A stretch of 61,479 bases of DNA, filler included. It is 8 parts of 8 records of this genome, joined end to end, with 100 filler letters (N's around TTAATTAATTAA, not from the genome) between each part and the next. Parts side by side here need not be neighbours in the genome. Positions count along the whole stretch, not along the records: positions 25,888 to 31,565 come from SRR31156797_21844; positions 31,666 to 44,757 come from SRR31156797_21853; 6 more parts are not named here. The stretch is one strand, 5' to 3'. The position numbers and the translations under genes were made by a program. The notes under the pieces were generated by a model. It worked only from the letters and a program-made list of their open reading frames with translations, was not told where the DNA came from and searched no databases. Of the stretch, positions 31,257 to 39,973 are shown piece by piece (the stretch's first letter is position 1; every line of letters begins with the position of its first letter).

Positions 31257-31565
31257 TTATCTGATTCTGTTTAAACTTCGTACCAGTGCTTCATCTTTTC
31301 CAATGGAGCGAATAGCAAGCCAATCGAGAATAATTGCAACAATTGGAAATGCTACCGGAACTTTAAAAGCCACTTTGGCGTCATCAAATCCAGCGTAAGT
31401 AAAATAGAAAAACATGCCAAACAGCCCAAGTAATAAAACAATAGTAAAAACTATCATTCGAATTTGTCGAATACGTTTTTTATATAAGAAAATAATTGCC
31501 ATATGAATAACAGCAATTAACCAAATAAAAATTAAAATGGGAAGGCCGTTAAAAACCAGTTCTTC
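31257..31565 (-). CDS. DUF4293-family membrane protein (5' truncated)
   Basis: IFLYKKRIRQ...LAIRSIGKDEALVRSLNRIR. Confidence 0.75.
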   Translation of the reverse strand, partial: EELVFNGLPILIFIWLIAVIHMAIIFLYKKRIRQIRMIVFTIVLLLGLFGMFFYFTYAGFDDAKVAFKVPVAFPIVAIILDWLAIRSIGKDEALVRSLNRIR

Positions 31566-31665
31566 NNNNNNNNNNNNNNNNNNNNNNNNNNNNNNNNNNN
31601 NNNNNNNNNTTAATTAATTAANNNNNNNNNNNNNNNNNNNNNNNNNNNNNNNNNNNNNNNNNNNN

Positions 31666-33832
31666 AAAAGTTTCCCAGTCAACACCCGGTGTAAACAATG
31701 CCAATTCAGTAAATGTTTCCGGGTCCGAAGGATCTGTAACTGTACCAAAAGCACAGTCCTGGAGGATGTTACCCTGCTCACCCAGATCAAAATAGATCTT
31801 ATCTGCAGGTTCAATTTCAATGGCCGGGGTAACCAGCATTACCGGATTATCTGTCCAGCTTTGCCTGAAGAAAATTACCTTTCCATCATACCAGTATAAG
31901 AAATCCGAACCTGTCATATGTGTTGTCCAGTCAGAAGGAATTTCAGTATCAAACATTTCGAACCAGTAAAATTGGGGAACTGCTAATGTTATAGTAACAG
32001 AAACATCCTGATCAACAACTGTTACACTACCGGAGTTAGGGTAATATCCTTCTGCCTCGACGTTAATAGCATAAGTACCAGGAACTACATCATTGTATAA
32101 AACAATACCTGCTGTGTTGGTGGTTTTAATACCATTTGATTCCAGCGTTACTTCAGCACCTTCAATTGGATTTTCTTCTTCATCTTCAATAGTAATTTCT
32201 ACAGTATAAGTAGCTGTTGAACTTTCAACATCTAATACAGCGGACTGAACAATGCTTTTATCAGTATCATCCTGCACAAAAACTATTACTGCCAGGTCAT
32301 TGGGAGTCTCCATAAAGGTTAGGCTCATATCATATGATTCACTCAAGGAAACTGATACACCGGTTGACAGTGCATCCAGTGCGGTACCATTGGCATCAGG
32401 CAACATTTTCATCATTACATTATGGAATTCGGTCTCGCCATTTGTACCAACATTTTCAACTGTCAGTTTTTCCACAACCACGATGTGTGCAGTTAGTCCT
32501 GCGGCATAATCATTTAAGGGTGTTAAGTCAGCAGAAATTGAAATCTCCAGGTTTTCATCAATACTTGCCTCGGTGATATCAATTTCAAGTGCAGTTACAT
32601 CATCGGCATAAACATCAAAGATTTCCTGAGATATACTAACTGCAGGTTCGATCTGGTTAGAATTAATATAGAGATCAGGAACCCAGATACATCCATAATA
32701 ATCTCTTCTGACACCACCTTCTACATTATAATATGGGTCACCACTACCAGGCCAGTTCATTTGGTATTTAATAAGTGAATACTCACCTGGATTGGCTCCC
32801 AGAACTTCTTCAATGGCTTCGTTTGCAAATACACAAGGCGCACAAGTTGAACTTGTAAATTCCTCATAAAGAGGTTTTTTTGCTATTAGACCATCCATTA
32901 CCTCAAAGTCAACACTCATCATGTCGTTATCCGGATTTTCATCACCTGATAAATCAACTGTAACCTGCGCAACATAAGTACCTTCAACCGCTACCCAGGC
33001 TGGGAAAGCAACTGAAGTTTCTTCAAAACCTCCCAGATCTGTAACAGTAACAGTTTCAGTATATATTGAAGAGCCACCATTAAGAATTTCAAATACTACA
33101 TCAAAAGTCGCTATTTCAGCCCCTGCATTGCCAACAATTGCTCCAGGTACCACACTCATTCCAGTACCCAATAATAATGGCATATCAACCATAGTAACCC
33201 CGGCATCCAGGGATAATGCTTCGCTTAATAACACATCATCAATGTACCATTGATTTAACTGGAATGAATCACCATCAAAAGTAAATGCAATTTGAAAATT
33301 ATCACTTCCAACATCATCATTATCTATTAATAAGTATTGGGTTTCAGGGCCAACATCGGCCGATATCTCAACTACCCACACTTCGTTCCATGTAGCTCCA
33401 TCACTGGTAGTTTCAACCATTACTGAATAACCTCCACCGTAGTCATTAACGTAATGTTTGAATTCCAGTAGCAGTGCCGAATAGCCATTTGTGGCAATTT
33501 CAGAAGTTACCAGTTTCGAATTTCCAACAAACTGGGGCGTCCAGCTTATCATAGCTTCCGGAGCTTCACCTCCTGCATTATTTGATGTAGCTTCTAACCA
33601 GTTTCCGGCACCATCACCTACAATTGTCCAACCATCAGGTGGGAAAATCCCACTGGAAAAATCCTCAGTAAAAAAAGGCATCTTTGCTATCCAGAATTAT
33701 TCCGGAGGGTTTATAGTCTTTCGAATATTCAACATTTTGTAAAGGCATTCGTGACATATGCTGTGCAAAAGTTACTAATGCAGGCATCAACATTAAGCAA
33801 ACCAGCAATAATTTAAATGTAAGTTTTTTCAT
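31666..33832 (-). CDS. Large secreted adhesin-like protein with Omp28/thioredoxin-like domain; +1 frameshift at 33670-33676; 3' truncated
   Basis: Signal peptide MKKLTFKLLLVCLMLMPALVTFAQ from 33832; adhesin-like FTEDF..FPP.GW; CARDB-like DENPDND; EEFTSSTCAPC; NGETEFHNVMMKMLP. Confidence 0.8.
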
Positions 33833-33859
33833 AGTTTTAAAATTTAATGAATAAAATTG

Positions 33860-34027
33860 TTACTTATTAGTATTAGAATTTCCTTCGGAATTTAATTTGG
33901 ACATGATTTTTTTGAAGGCTTCGGTTTGAATCCTTTTCTTCTCGATAAATTCGCTTAAATCGACACCTTCCGAATTTGAGGTGGAAGGTTTGGGAGAGGA
34001 TGCTTTTTTAGGTTTTTTAGCTGCCAT
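33860..34027 (-). CDS. Small basic protein, 55 aa (MAAKKPKKASSPKPSTSNSEGVDLSEFIEKKRIQTEAFKKIMSKLNSEGNSNTNK)
   Basis: Hand-translated; homologous to 39558-39713; follows a consensus promoter; stop 27 nt before the next ATG. Confidence 0.78.
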   Translation of the reverse strand: MAAKKPKKASSPKPSTSNSEGVDLSEFIEKKRIQTEAFKKIMSKLNSEGNSNTNK

Positions 34028-34051
34028 TTTTGTGGGTTAAAAATTCAGGGT

Positions 34052-34083
34052 CAAAACTAAAATCAGAAAACCCTCAAGCCAAA
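34052..34083 (-). promoter_or_regulatory. Bacteroidota primary-sigma promoter
   Basis: -33 TTTG (34083-34080), 20-nt spacer, -7 TAGTTTTG (34059-34052). Confidence 0.7.
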
Positions 34084-34208
34084 TTTTCTACTGACACAAA
34101 ACCAATAATTGCAGGAAAATCACTGACACAATACTAATACGATGAATAGTAAGGGGTTGTAAATGTGAAATATGGCTTGTGGATGGATGTAATCCGGAAT
34201 CAAAAGTG

Positions 34209-34341
34209 GAGTCCGCTCCGAAAAGCCAAAAACAAGAATTGCCACGAAAACACTAATTCACAAAAACCCCACAAAAGATAGAAAATCAACAATTTGTTTT
34301 TAGTGATTTTGTGGCAAAAAAACACTTTTCAGAGTGGGCTC
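34209..34341. mobile_element. MITE/REP-like element with nested inverted repeats
   Basis: Outer IR GAGTCCGCTCCGAAAAG / CTTTTCAGAGTGGGCTC (14/17); inner IR TTGCCACGAAAACACTAA / TTAGTGATTTTGTGGCAA (16/18). Confidence 0.55.
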
Positions 34342-34372
34342 ATGGGTAAATTACAATATCGTGGCTCGAGGG

Positions 34373-36100
34373 CTAAATTTGAGAAAGGAAAGTAACAAGA
34401 TTGGTCTTTGTATTTACAAGTCCAAGTTTTTTACGTAGGCGGGTCCGGGCCACCTCAATGGTGTGTACCTGCTGGCCCGTTAATTCCGAAACCTCTTTGG
34501 TGGTCATATTTAAACGAAGGAATGCACAGAGCTTTTGTTCATTGGGTGATAAATCAGGAAATTGTTCCAGCAGTTTGCTATAAAATTCACCATGTACCTG
34601 TTTGAACCGGGTTTCAAATTCCTGCCAGATTTCATCATCTGTAGTTTTTTGTAATTCGCGGGCAATTCTTTTAATGGCTGTCTTTGTCTCATCCCTCACA
34701 GCTTCATTTTGGATATCCATTAATTTATCAGCGATTTCAGAAAGGATTTCATTTTTACGCATAAGGATCATTACATTGGAAGCCAGTTCTTTATTTCGAA
34801 TTTCAAGCTCCGATTTAAGTTTGCGTTTTTCAATTTCCTGGTTTTTCCTTTTTAGTCTATATCTATTTATTACAATAATCACAAAAATTATGAGAAAAAA
34901 TAACAGGCTGATTCCGATAAAAATGTAAGTGTACTCCCTTTTTTGCTGTTTTAACCTATTTTCTTGTTCAATTTTATCAAATTCATATAATAGTTCAAGT
35001 TGTGAAAGACGTGTCATTTTTTTCTCTATGTCGAGGCTATCTTTCATCTGATAATGTATCGTACTGTAAAGGTATGCGTTATTAAGATCATTTTTGTTTT
35101 TATATAATTCGTGAAGAAGTATTGCAGCATTATAAATTGTCTTTTTTAGGTTGTTCTTCTGGCCGATATCGTATGCCAACTTTGCGTAATACAAACTACT
35201 GTCTTGTTGATTCAAATCAGAATAATACATCGAAAAATTATTATAAACAGCAGCTAGCTTTGGCAGGTTATTTAATTCTTTAAATATTATAGCTGCAGCA
35301 TTGTAATAGTAAAATGAAGTATCATAGCTTTTTTCATTTTTATATACAGAGCCCAGATTTAAATAATTAATGCCTTCCCATAATCTATTTCCGATTTTTT
35401 TATTGATCTCAATTGCTTCCTTTAAATATGACTTAAAATTCTGAGAGTCTCCCTTATTGCCATAAACAGCAGCAACATTATTAAGCCCTCTTGCAATACC
35501 ATCCAAATCGTCTATTTCAGTTGCTAACGCTAATGATCGCTGAAAATACTCTAAAGCTTCATCATAATTTTGCTGTTCAAAATAATCATTACCTATCCGA
35601 TTTAAAGCTTTGCCTATTCCTTGTTTATCTTTTAGTTTTTCATAAATTACCAGTACCTGAAAATTCAAATCTGAACTTTTTTCAATATCACCTAAATCCA
35701 AATAGTTTCTTGAAATCAGGCCCAGAGACTCCGCCAACTCCTTTTGCAGATTTAGGCTTTCAGCAATCAATCTGGCTTTGTTTCCGAAATCAAGGGAGCT
35801 TCTAATATCGGTTTTAGACCAGTAAATTTCACTTATTTGAAGGTAAGCGCGAAGTTTGCTTTCGTGGTCATTATTTTTTATGGCCAACTCAAGCGTTTGG
35901 TTGGCCAACTCAAGCGCTTTATCAGGATCAGAAGACAACAACAAGTCGGTGAGGTCAATTAAAATGTCAATTTTCTTTTGGATATCCGCTTCCTTTGACA
36001 ATACAATCTCAAGGCTGTCGATTTTATGCTGGTATTGACCAATAAGTTGGCCGGTTAGTAAAAGGAATCCCAGTAGTATGATTTGATATTTGCGAAGCAT
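34373..36100 (-). CDS. Membrane-spanning TPR-sensor / LuxR-type HTH regulator (copy A)
   Basis: Signal peptide, TPR repeats (ALNRIG, GLNNVA, YLNLG), one TM, coiled coil, HTH LSPNEQKLCAFLRLNMTTKEV...ARTRLRKKLGL. Confidence 0.88.
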   Translation of the reverse strand: MLRKYQIILLGFLLLTGQLIGQYQHKIDSLEIVLSKEADIQKKIDILIDLTDLLLSSDPDKALELANQTLELAIKNNDHESKLRAYLQISEIYWSKTDIRSSLDFGNKARLIAESLNLQKELAESLGLISRNYLDLGDIEKSSDLNFQVLVIYEKLKDKQGIGKALNRIGNDYFEQQNYDEALEYFQRSLALATEIDDLDGIARGLNNVAAVYGNKGDSQNFKSYLKEAIEINKKIGNRLWEGINYLNLGSVYKNEKSYDTSFYYYNAAAIIFKELNNLPKLAAVYNNFSMYYSDLNQQDSSLYYAKLAYDIGQKNNLKKTIYNAAILLHELYKNKNDLNNAYLYSTIHYQMKDSLDIEKKMTRLSQLELLYEFDKIEQENRLKQQKREYTYIFIGISLLFFLIIFVIIVINRYRLKRKNQEIEKRKLKSELEIRNKELASNVMILMRKNEILSEIADKLMDIQNEAVRDETKTAIKRIARELQKTTDDEIWQEFETRFKQVHGEFYSKLLEQFPDLSPNEQKLCAFLRLNMTTKEVSELTGQQVHTIEVARTRLRKKLGLVNTKTNLVTFLSQI

Positions 36101-36231
36101 TGCTGCAAAAGTACGAAATCAGTTTAAGGTTAAAAGTTCAGAGATTGAAAGAACCAAAACAAAAGCCTCGGTCCTTGTTAAAGATCGGGGCGTTAAAATA
36201 TTCACGGGGTGGCTTTGATCAAAACCAATTC

Positions 36232-36271
36232 ACCGGGCGACTATTCTCAGCTTTGAGAGTAGTCACCCGGT
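36232..36271 (-). terminator. Long hairpin just after the secreted-protein gene
   Basis: ACCGGGCGACTATTCTCA-GCTT-TGAGAGTAGTCACCCGGT. Confidence 0.6.
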
Positions 36272-36286
36272 AAATTCTTCTCGGTG

Positions 36287-39200
36287 TTATTCAATCACCA
36301 GCTTCTCAGTAATTATTTGATTGTTGAAAAAAACTTTTACAAAATAGATACCCGGTTCAAAATCAAAGGTATTAATCTCTGTTTTGCTTGCTGCTGTGTT
36401 TTGTTCAAAAATCAATTGCCCCGAAACGTTGAAGATATTTACTGATTCCATTATGTTTCCTGATTCAATGTAAACAAGATCGGAAGCAGGATTGGGAAAT
36501 ACCCGGGTTGTACTGGCCAGTTTTTCATTTATACCGGTTACAACATCAATGACAAATTCATTAGAAGGGCCAGATTCACCATTTAAATAAACTGAAGTTA
36601 CGTAATATGTATGGGTGCCTATTTCAGGACCAGCATGGGTGTAGGTTGTGTCAGTAGTATAACCGATGTTTTCGAAAACACCGGAGTTATATTTATGATA
36701 TATATTATAGCCTAATAATCCATTACCCAAAGATTTAGATTCTGCTCTTCCTAAACTAATATTATCAAGCGAAGTAGCATTGCCGTCAGTATAATTATTT
36801 TCCACATATTCCCTAAACGCAATATAAATAGGTGTTCCATCTGGAACAATGCTTGTAAGATCGTATGAATAGTAAGTCCAGCCAATTGGAGTACTGCTGG
36901 GTATATCAATTATATCTACAACAATATTGAATGCTTCAGGATCGTCGGGTACACTAGTTGAGATTAAAACCTCTAAATGTTCTGTCCAGTCATCCCGATA
37001 AATACCCATCCAAAAACTAAGTGTATCCCCTTCAGAATAAGTAAGCTGAGGAGTTACTAACCATTGATCGCTTAGGGGGTCTCCACCCGTTAGCCAGGTA
37101 GCAAATGCCTGCTGAAGCCCTCCATTGGGACAAGCAAAAGCTACACCACCAGACCATCCAGGGATTGGTGATCCAACCTGAAGGGATTGCCATCCTGTGC
37201 CACCATCAAGGTTGAATTTGGTCCATCCTTCGGGCAAAAAGTCACCTTCAAAACCCTCAAAGAAATTAGCACTGGGTGTGCTGGGCGCATCCCAGTTTAA
37301 AGTAATATCCTCATTAAATTGCACCTCTGAAGGTCCTGTAAGGTTAGATGGAGCCTCCAATTCTGAAGAATCAACTTTTATCTCAATATGGATGTCATCG
37401 ATATAAATATTCGAATTGCCCGGATCACTAAAGCCGTGCCAACCAATATAGTATGTGCCATCTTCTTCAGGTAAAAATGAAGCATTAACAAATTGGTAAA
37501 CATTGTTATAGGCAAACATCATATCCTCAAATATTGGCTCACTGCTCATCGATGCAGAATTTGCTTCCGTTCCAAATTTAACTTCGAGGTTGTCATAATT
37601 GGAATCGGAATCAGACGTATAGTAAAAATTAACGATATACGTTTCACCACCTTCTAATTCAATACCTGGAGAAAAGAACCAGTCGTCCATTTGTAATGCA
37701 TTATTAGGCTCAATTGCTACATGATTATCGCCGCTATACGGGTTCGCATCCGAACTAATCCACTGCCATTCATCATCATTCGAATTTTCAACAACATTAC
37801 ATGGAGGCATAAAAGGTAGAATTACATCTTCAAAATCTTCAATATATGGTAGTGATACAGAGGCATTACACAGGGTTGCAAAATAATATGGACCAACCCA
37901 GTTACTTATAGATCCACCACCACAATCGGCCTGAACATAAAAGTCGTAATAAGTCCCTGGCTCTAAACTTTCCAGTAAATATGGGTTTTCGTCGGTATAG
38001 ATCATAGCATTTCCGCTTGGTGTAAATCCCATTTCCCCATATTCAATTCTCCATTGAGAGGCTTCACCATTCTCCACCCAATCCAAGATTGCAGATGTTT
38101 GTGTGATTTCACTTGCATTTAAATCAGAAGGGCTGAGGCAAGGCTGTAAATAATCGATGGCAATATTATCCAATGCGATATCCCCGCCTTGATTGTTAAA
38201 TATACCTTTAAATGCAATGTGTTCATCGGTTCCCGTATATTCATCAAAATATACTTCATATTCTTCCATTATATTGGCGTTATTTATTTCCAATACCACC
38301 AGTTCTGTATAGGTAGTGATATCTGTTGGATCAGACATGGTTCCAACTGATAGTTCAGATCCATACGACCAGGAATAGAATTGCAGGTATTTATTTGCAG
38401 CTCCTCCGTCAAGTGCTGGAGTTATTAAAAGCAAGTCTGCATCTAAATCACTAACATTCACTAATCTAACACACTTTGAATTGTCAACACCTGTATTATC
38501 AAAAGATCTAACATTTGCATAAGTATTATTAGAAATAACGATTTTGTACCATTCTTCAGGGATTTCGGGGACTACTACAGATTCAAAATCCTCATACAGG
38601 AGCTCAAAAACTGCAATATCCTTACTCATACTATCATTTTCAGGGTTTTCATCATTGGGGTGGCTTGCAGTAACTTTTGCTTCAAAGTAACCGCCAATTG
38701 ATATCCAAGCAGGGAACGTTATGGAATAAGATTCAAATGAAGCTAAATCGCTTACCATGAGTTCTTCTGAATAAACAGGGGCTCCATCATCAAGGATTTC
38801 GAAAGTTACACTAAATGTAACAGTTTCTAATCCATTGTTTTTTACAACAGCACCTGGTTCATAAGCATCGCCAGCACCCATAGTAGTAGGAATATCAATT
38901 GAAATGACTGCTGCATCGTAAGACATGGTCTCAGCAAGTGCTATATCATCGATATACCAGTTATTGATGTTATATGATGGTCCGTCGAAAGTAAAAGCAA
39001 GTTGGAAATTATCTGAACCCACATCGTCATTATCAATTATAAATTGTAAAGTCTGGGGGCCAATGTCACCATCAACCAGTTCCGACCAGATTTCATTCCA
39101 AGTATTTCCATCGCTTGTTGTTTCAATTTTCACCGTATAGCCACCCATAAAGTCATCAAGGTAATGTTTCATTTCAAATACCAGTTCGCTATAGCCTGAT

Positions 39201-39535
39201 GTTGCAATTTGGGGTGTTACCAACCTGGAAACCCCTGTGAAATCGGGGGAATAAGTCATCGAACCTTCCGGTTCAAAACCACCAGCATAATTGGTGGCAG
39301 ACAAGTACCAGTTATTTTCCCCTTCACCCTGGATTTCCCATCCTGCCGGTGGAAATGCACCATTTGTAAAATCTTCAGTAAATAATGAGTTTCTAACTGT
39401 GAAAGCGGGTGCCCTGTAATTATTATTCACCGACTCATGGCGAATTGAACGTTCACATGCTTCACGCTGCGAAAATGCAAAAATTGAAGTAGTTAATAAG
39501 AGGCATGTAAACAAAATTTTAATTGTATTTTTCAT
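36287..39535 (-). CDS. T9SS-secreted multidomain protein (cleaved-adhesin/choice-of-anchor-J-like, CARDB-like, FN3, type A CTD)
   Basis: Signal peptide MKNTIKILF...AFSQ from ATG 39535; repeated EDFE/EGFE...GW...WL.TP domains; FN3 LEPGTYYDFYVQADC; CTD VFPNPA...GIYFVKV...EKLVIE. Confidence 0.88.
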   Translation of the reverse strand: MKNTIKILFTCLLLTTSIFAFSQREACERSIRHESVNNNYRAPAFTVRNSLFTEDFTNGAFPPAGWEIQGEGENNWYLSATNYAGGFEPEGSMTYSPDFTGVSRLVTPQIATSGYSELVFEMKHYLDDFMGGYTVKIETTSDGNTWNEIWSELVDGDIGPQTLQFIIDNDDVGSDNFQLAFTFDGPSYNINNWYIDDIALAETMSYDAAVISIDIPTTMGAGDAYEPGAVVKNNGLETVTFSVTFEILDDGAPVYSEELMVSDLASFESYSITFPAWISIGGYFEAKVTASHPNDENPENDSMSKDIAVFELLYEDFESVVVPEIPEEWYKIVISNNTYANVRSFDNTGVDNSKCVRLVNVSDLDADLLLITPALDGGAANKYLQFYSWSYGSELSVGTMSDPTDITTYTELVVLEINNANIMEEYEVYFDEYTGTDEHIAFKGIFNNQGGDIALDNIAIDYLQPCLSPSDLNASEITQTSAILDWVENGEASQWRIEYGEMGFTPSGNAMIYTDENPYLLESLEPGTYYDFYVQADCGGGSISNWVGPYYFATLCNASVSLPYIEDFEDVILPFMPPCNVVENSNDDEWQWISSDANPYSGDNHVAIEPNNALQMDDWFFSPGIELEGGETYIVNFYYTSDSDSNYDNLEVKFGTEANSASMSSEPIFEDMMFAYNNVYQFVNASFLPEEDGTYYIGWHGFSDPGNSNIYIDDIHIEIKVDSSELEAPSNLTGPSEVQFNEDITLNWDAPSTPSANFFEGFEGDFLPEGWTKFNLDGGTGWQSLQVGSPIPGWSGGVAFACPNGGLQQAFATWLTGGDPLSDQWLVTPQLTYSEGDTLSFWMGIYRDDWTEHLEVLISTSVPDDPEAFNIVVDIIDIPSSTPIGWTYYSYDLTSIVPDGTPIYIAFREYVENNYTDGNATSLDNISLGRAESKSLGNGLLGYNIYHKYNSGVFENIGYTTDTTYTHAGPEIGTHTYYVTSVYLNGESGPSNEFVIDVVTGINEKLASTTRVFPNPASDLVYIESGNIMESVNIFNVSGQLIFEQNTAASKTEINTFDFEPGIYFVKVFFNNQIITEKLVIE

Positions 39536-39557
39536 AATAAAAAGCATTAGTGTAGCA

Positions 39558-39713
39558 TTATTTATCGTTATTATCAGCACTATTTAATTTATCCATGATT
39601 TTTTTCAAGGTTTCATTTTGAGTTTTTGTTTTTCGAACGAACTTATTAAATTCATATAGTTCATCCTTATTTTTCGCTCGTTTTTCACTTGATGTTTTTT
39701 TAGTATCAGCCAT
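39558..39713 (-). CDS. Small basic protein, 51 aa (MADTKKTSSEKRAKNKDELYEFNKFVRKTKTQNETLKKIMDKLNSADNNDK)
   Basis: Hand-translated; 12/25 identities to the core of 33860-34027; stop 22 nt before the next ATG. Confidence 0.78.
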   Translation of the reverse strand: MADTKKTSSEKRAKNKDELYEFNKFVRKTKTQNETLKKIMDKLNSADNNDK

Positions 39714-39973
39714 TTTTATTTACTATTTTATTGTCTTTACAAAGGTTATTATTGATTTTAAATTTGCACAAGAATGTGATAATACAAAAACCGTATTTTT
39801 GATAATATCGCCTTTAAAAAAACATTACAGTATTAATACGTACCCATACAATAGCAATACAATTATTGAATACACAATAAACTATCGACAAAAACACCTA
39901 AATTAGTAAGGGTTGTATTAAATTCCCAATTAGGGAATATTAACATAAGATTGGTTCAAGATATTACTGGGTG

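Noticed and set aside
35881-35916. 15-nt direct repeat TGGCCAACTCAAGCG at 21-nt spacing in regulator A
   Set aside because: It encodes LELA twice in a helix; two units only, with no sign of a separate function.
39536-39580. ORF-track N-terminal extension MLIITINNATLMLFI of the 1097-aa protein
   Set aside because: It overlaps the conserved small ORF; ATG 39535 gives a typical signal peptide matching the paralog's length.
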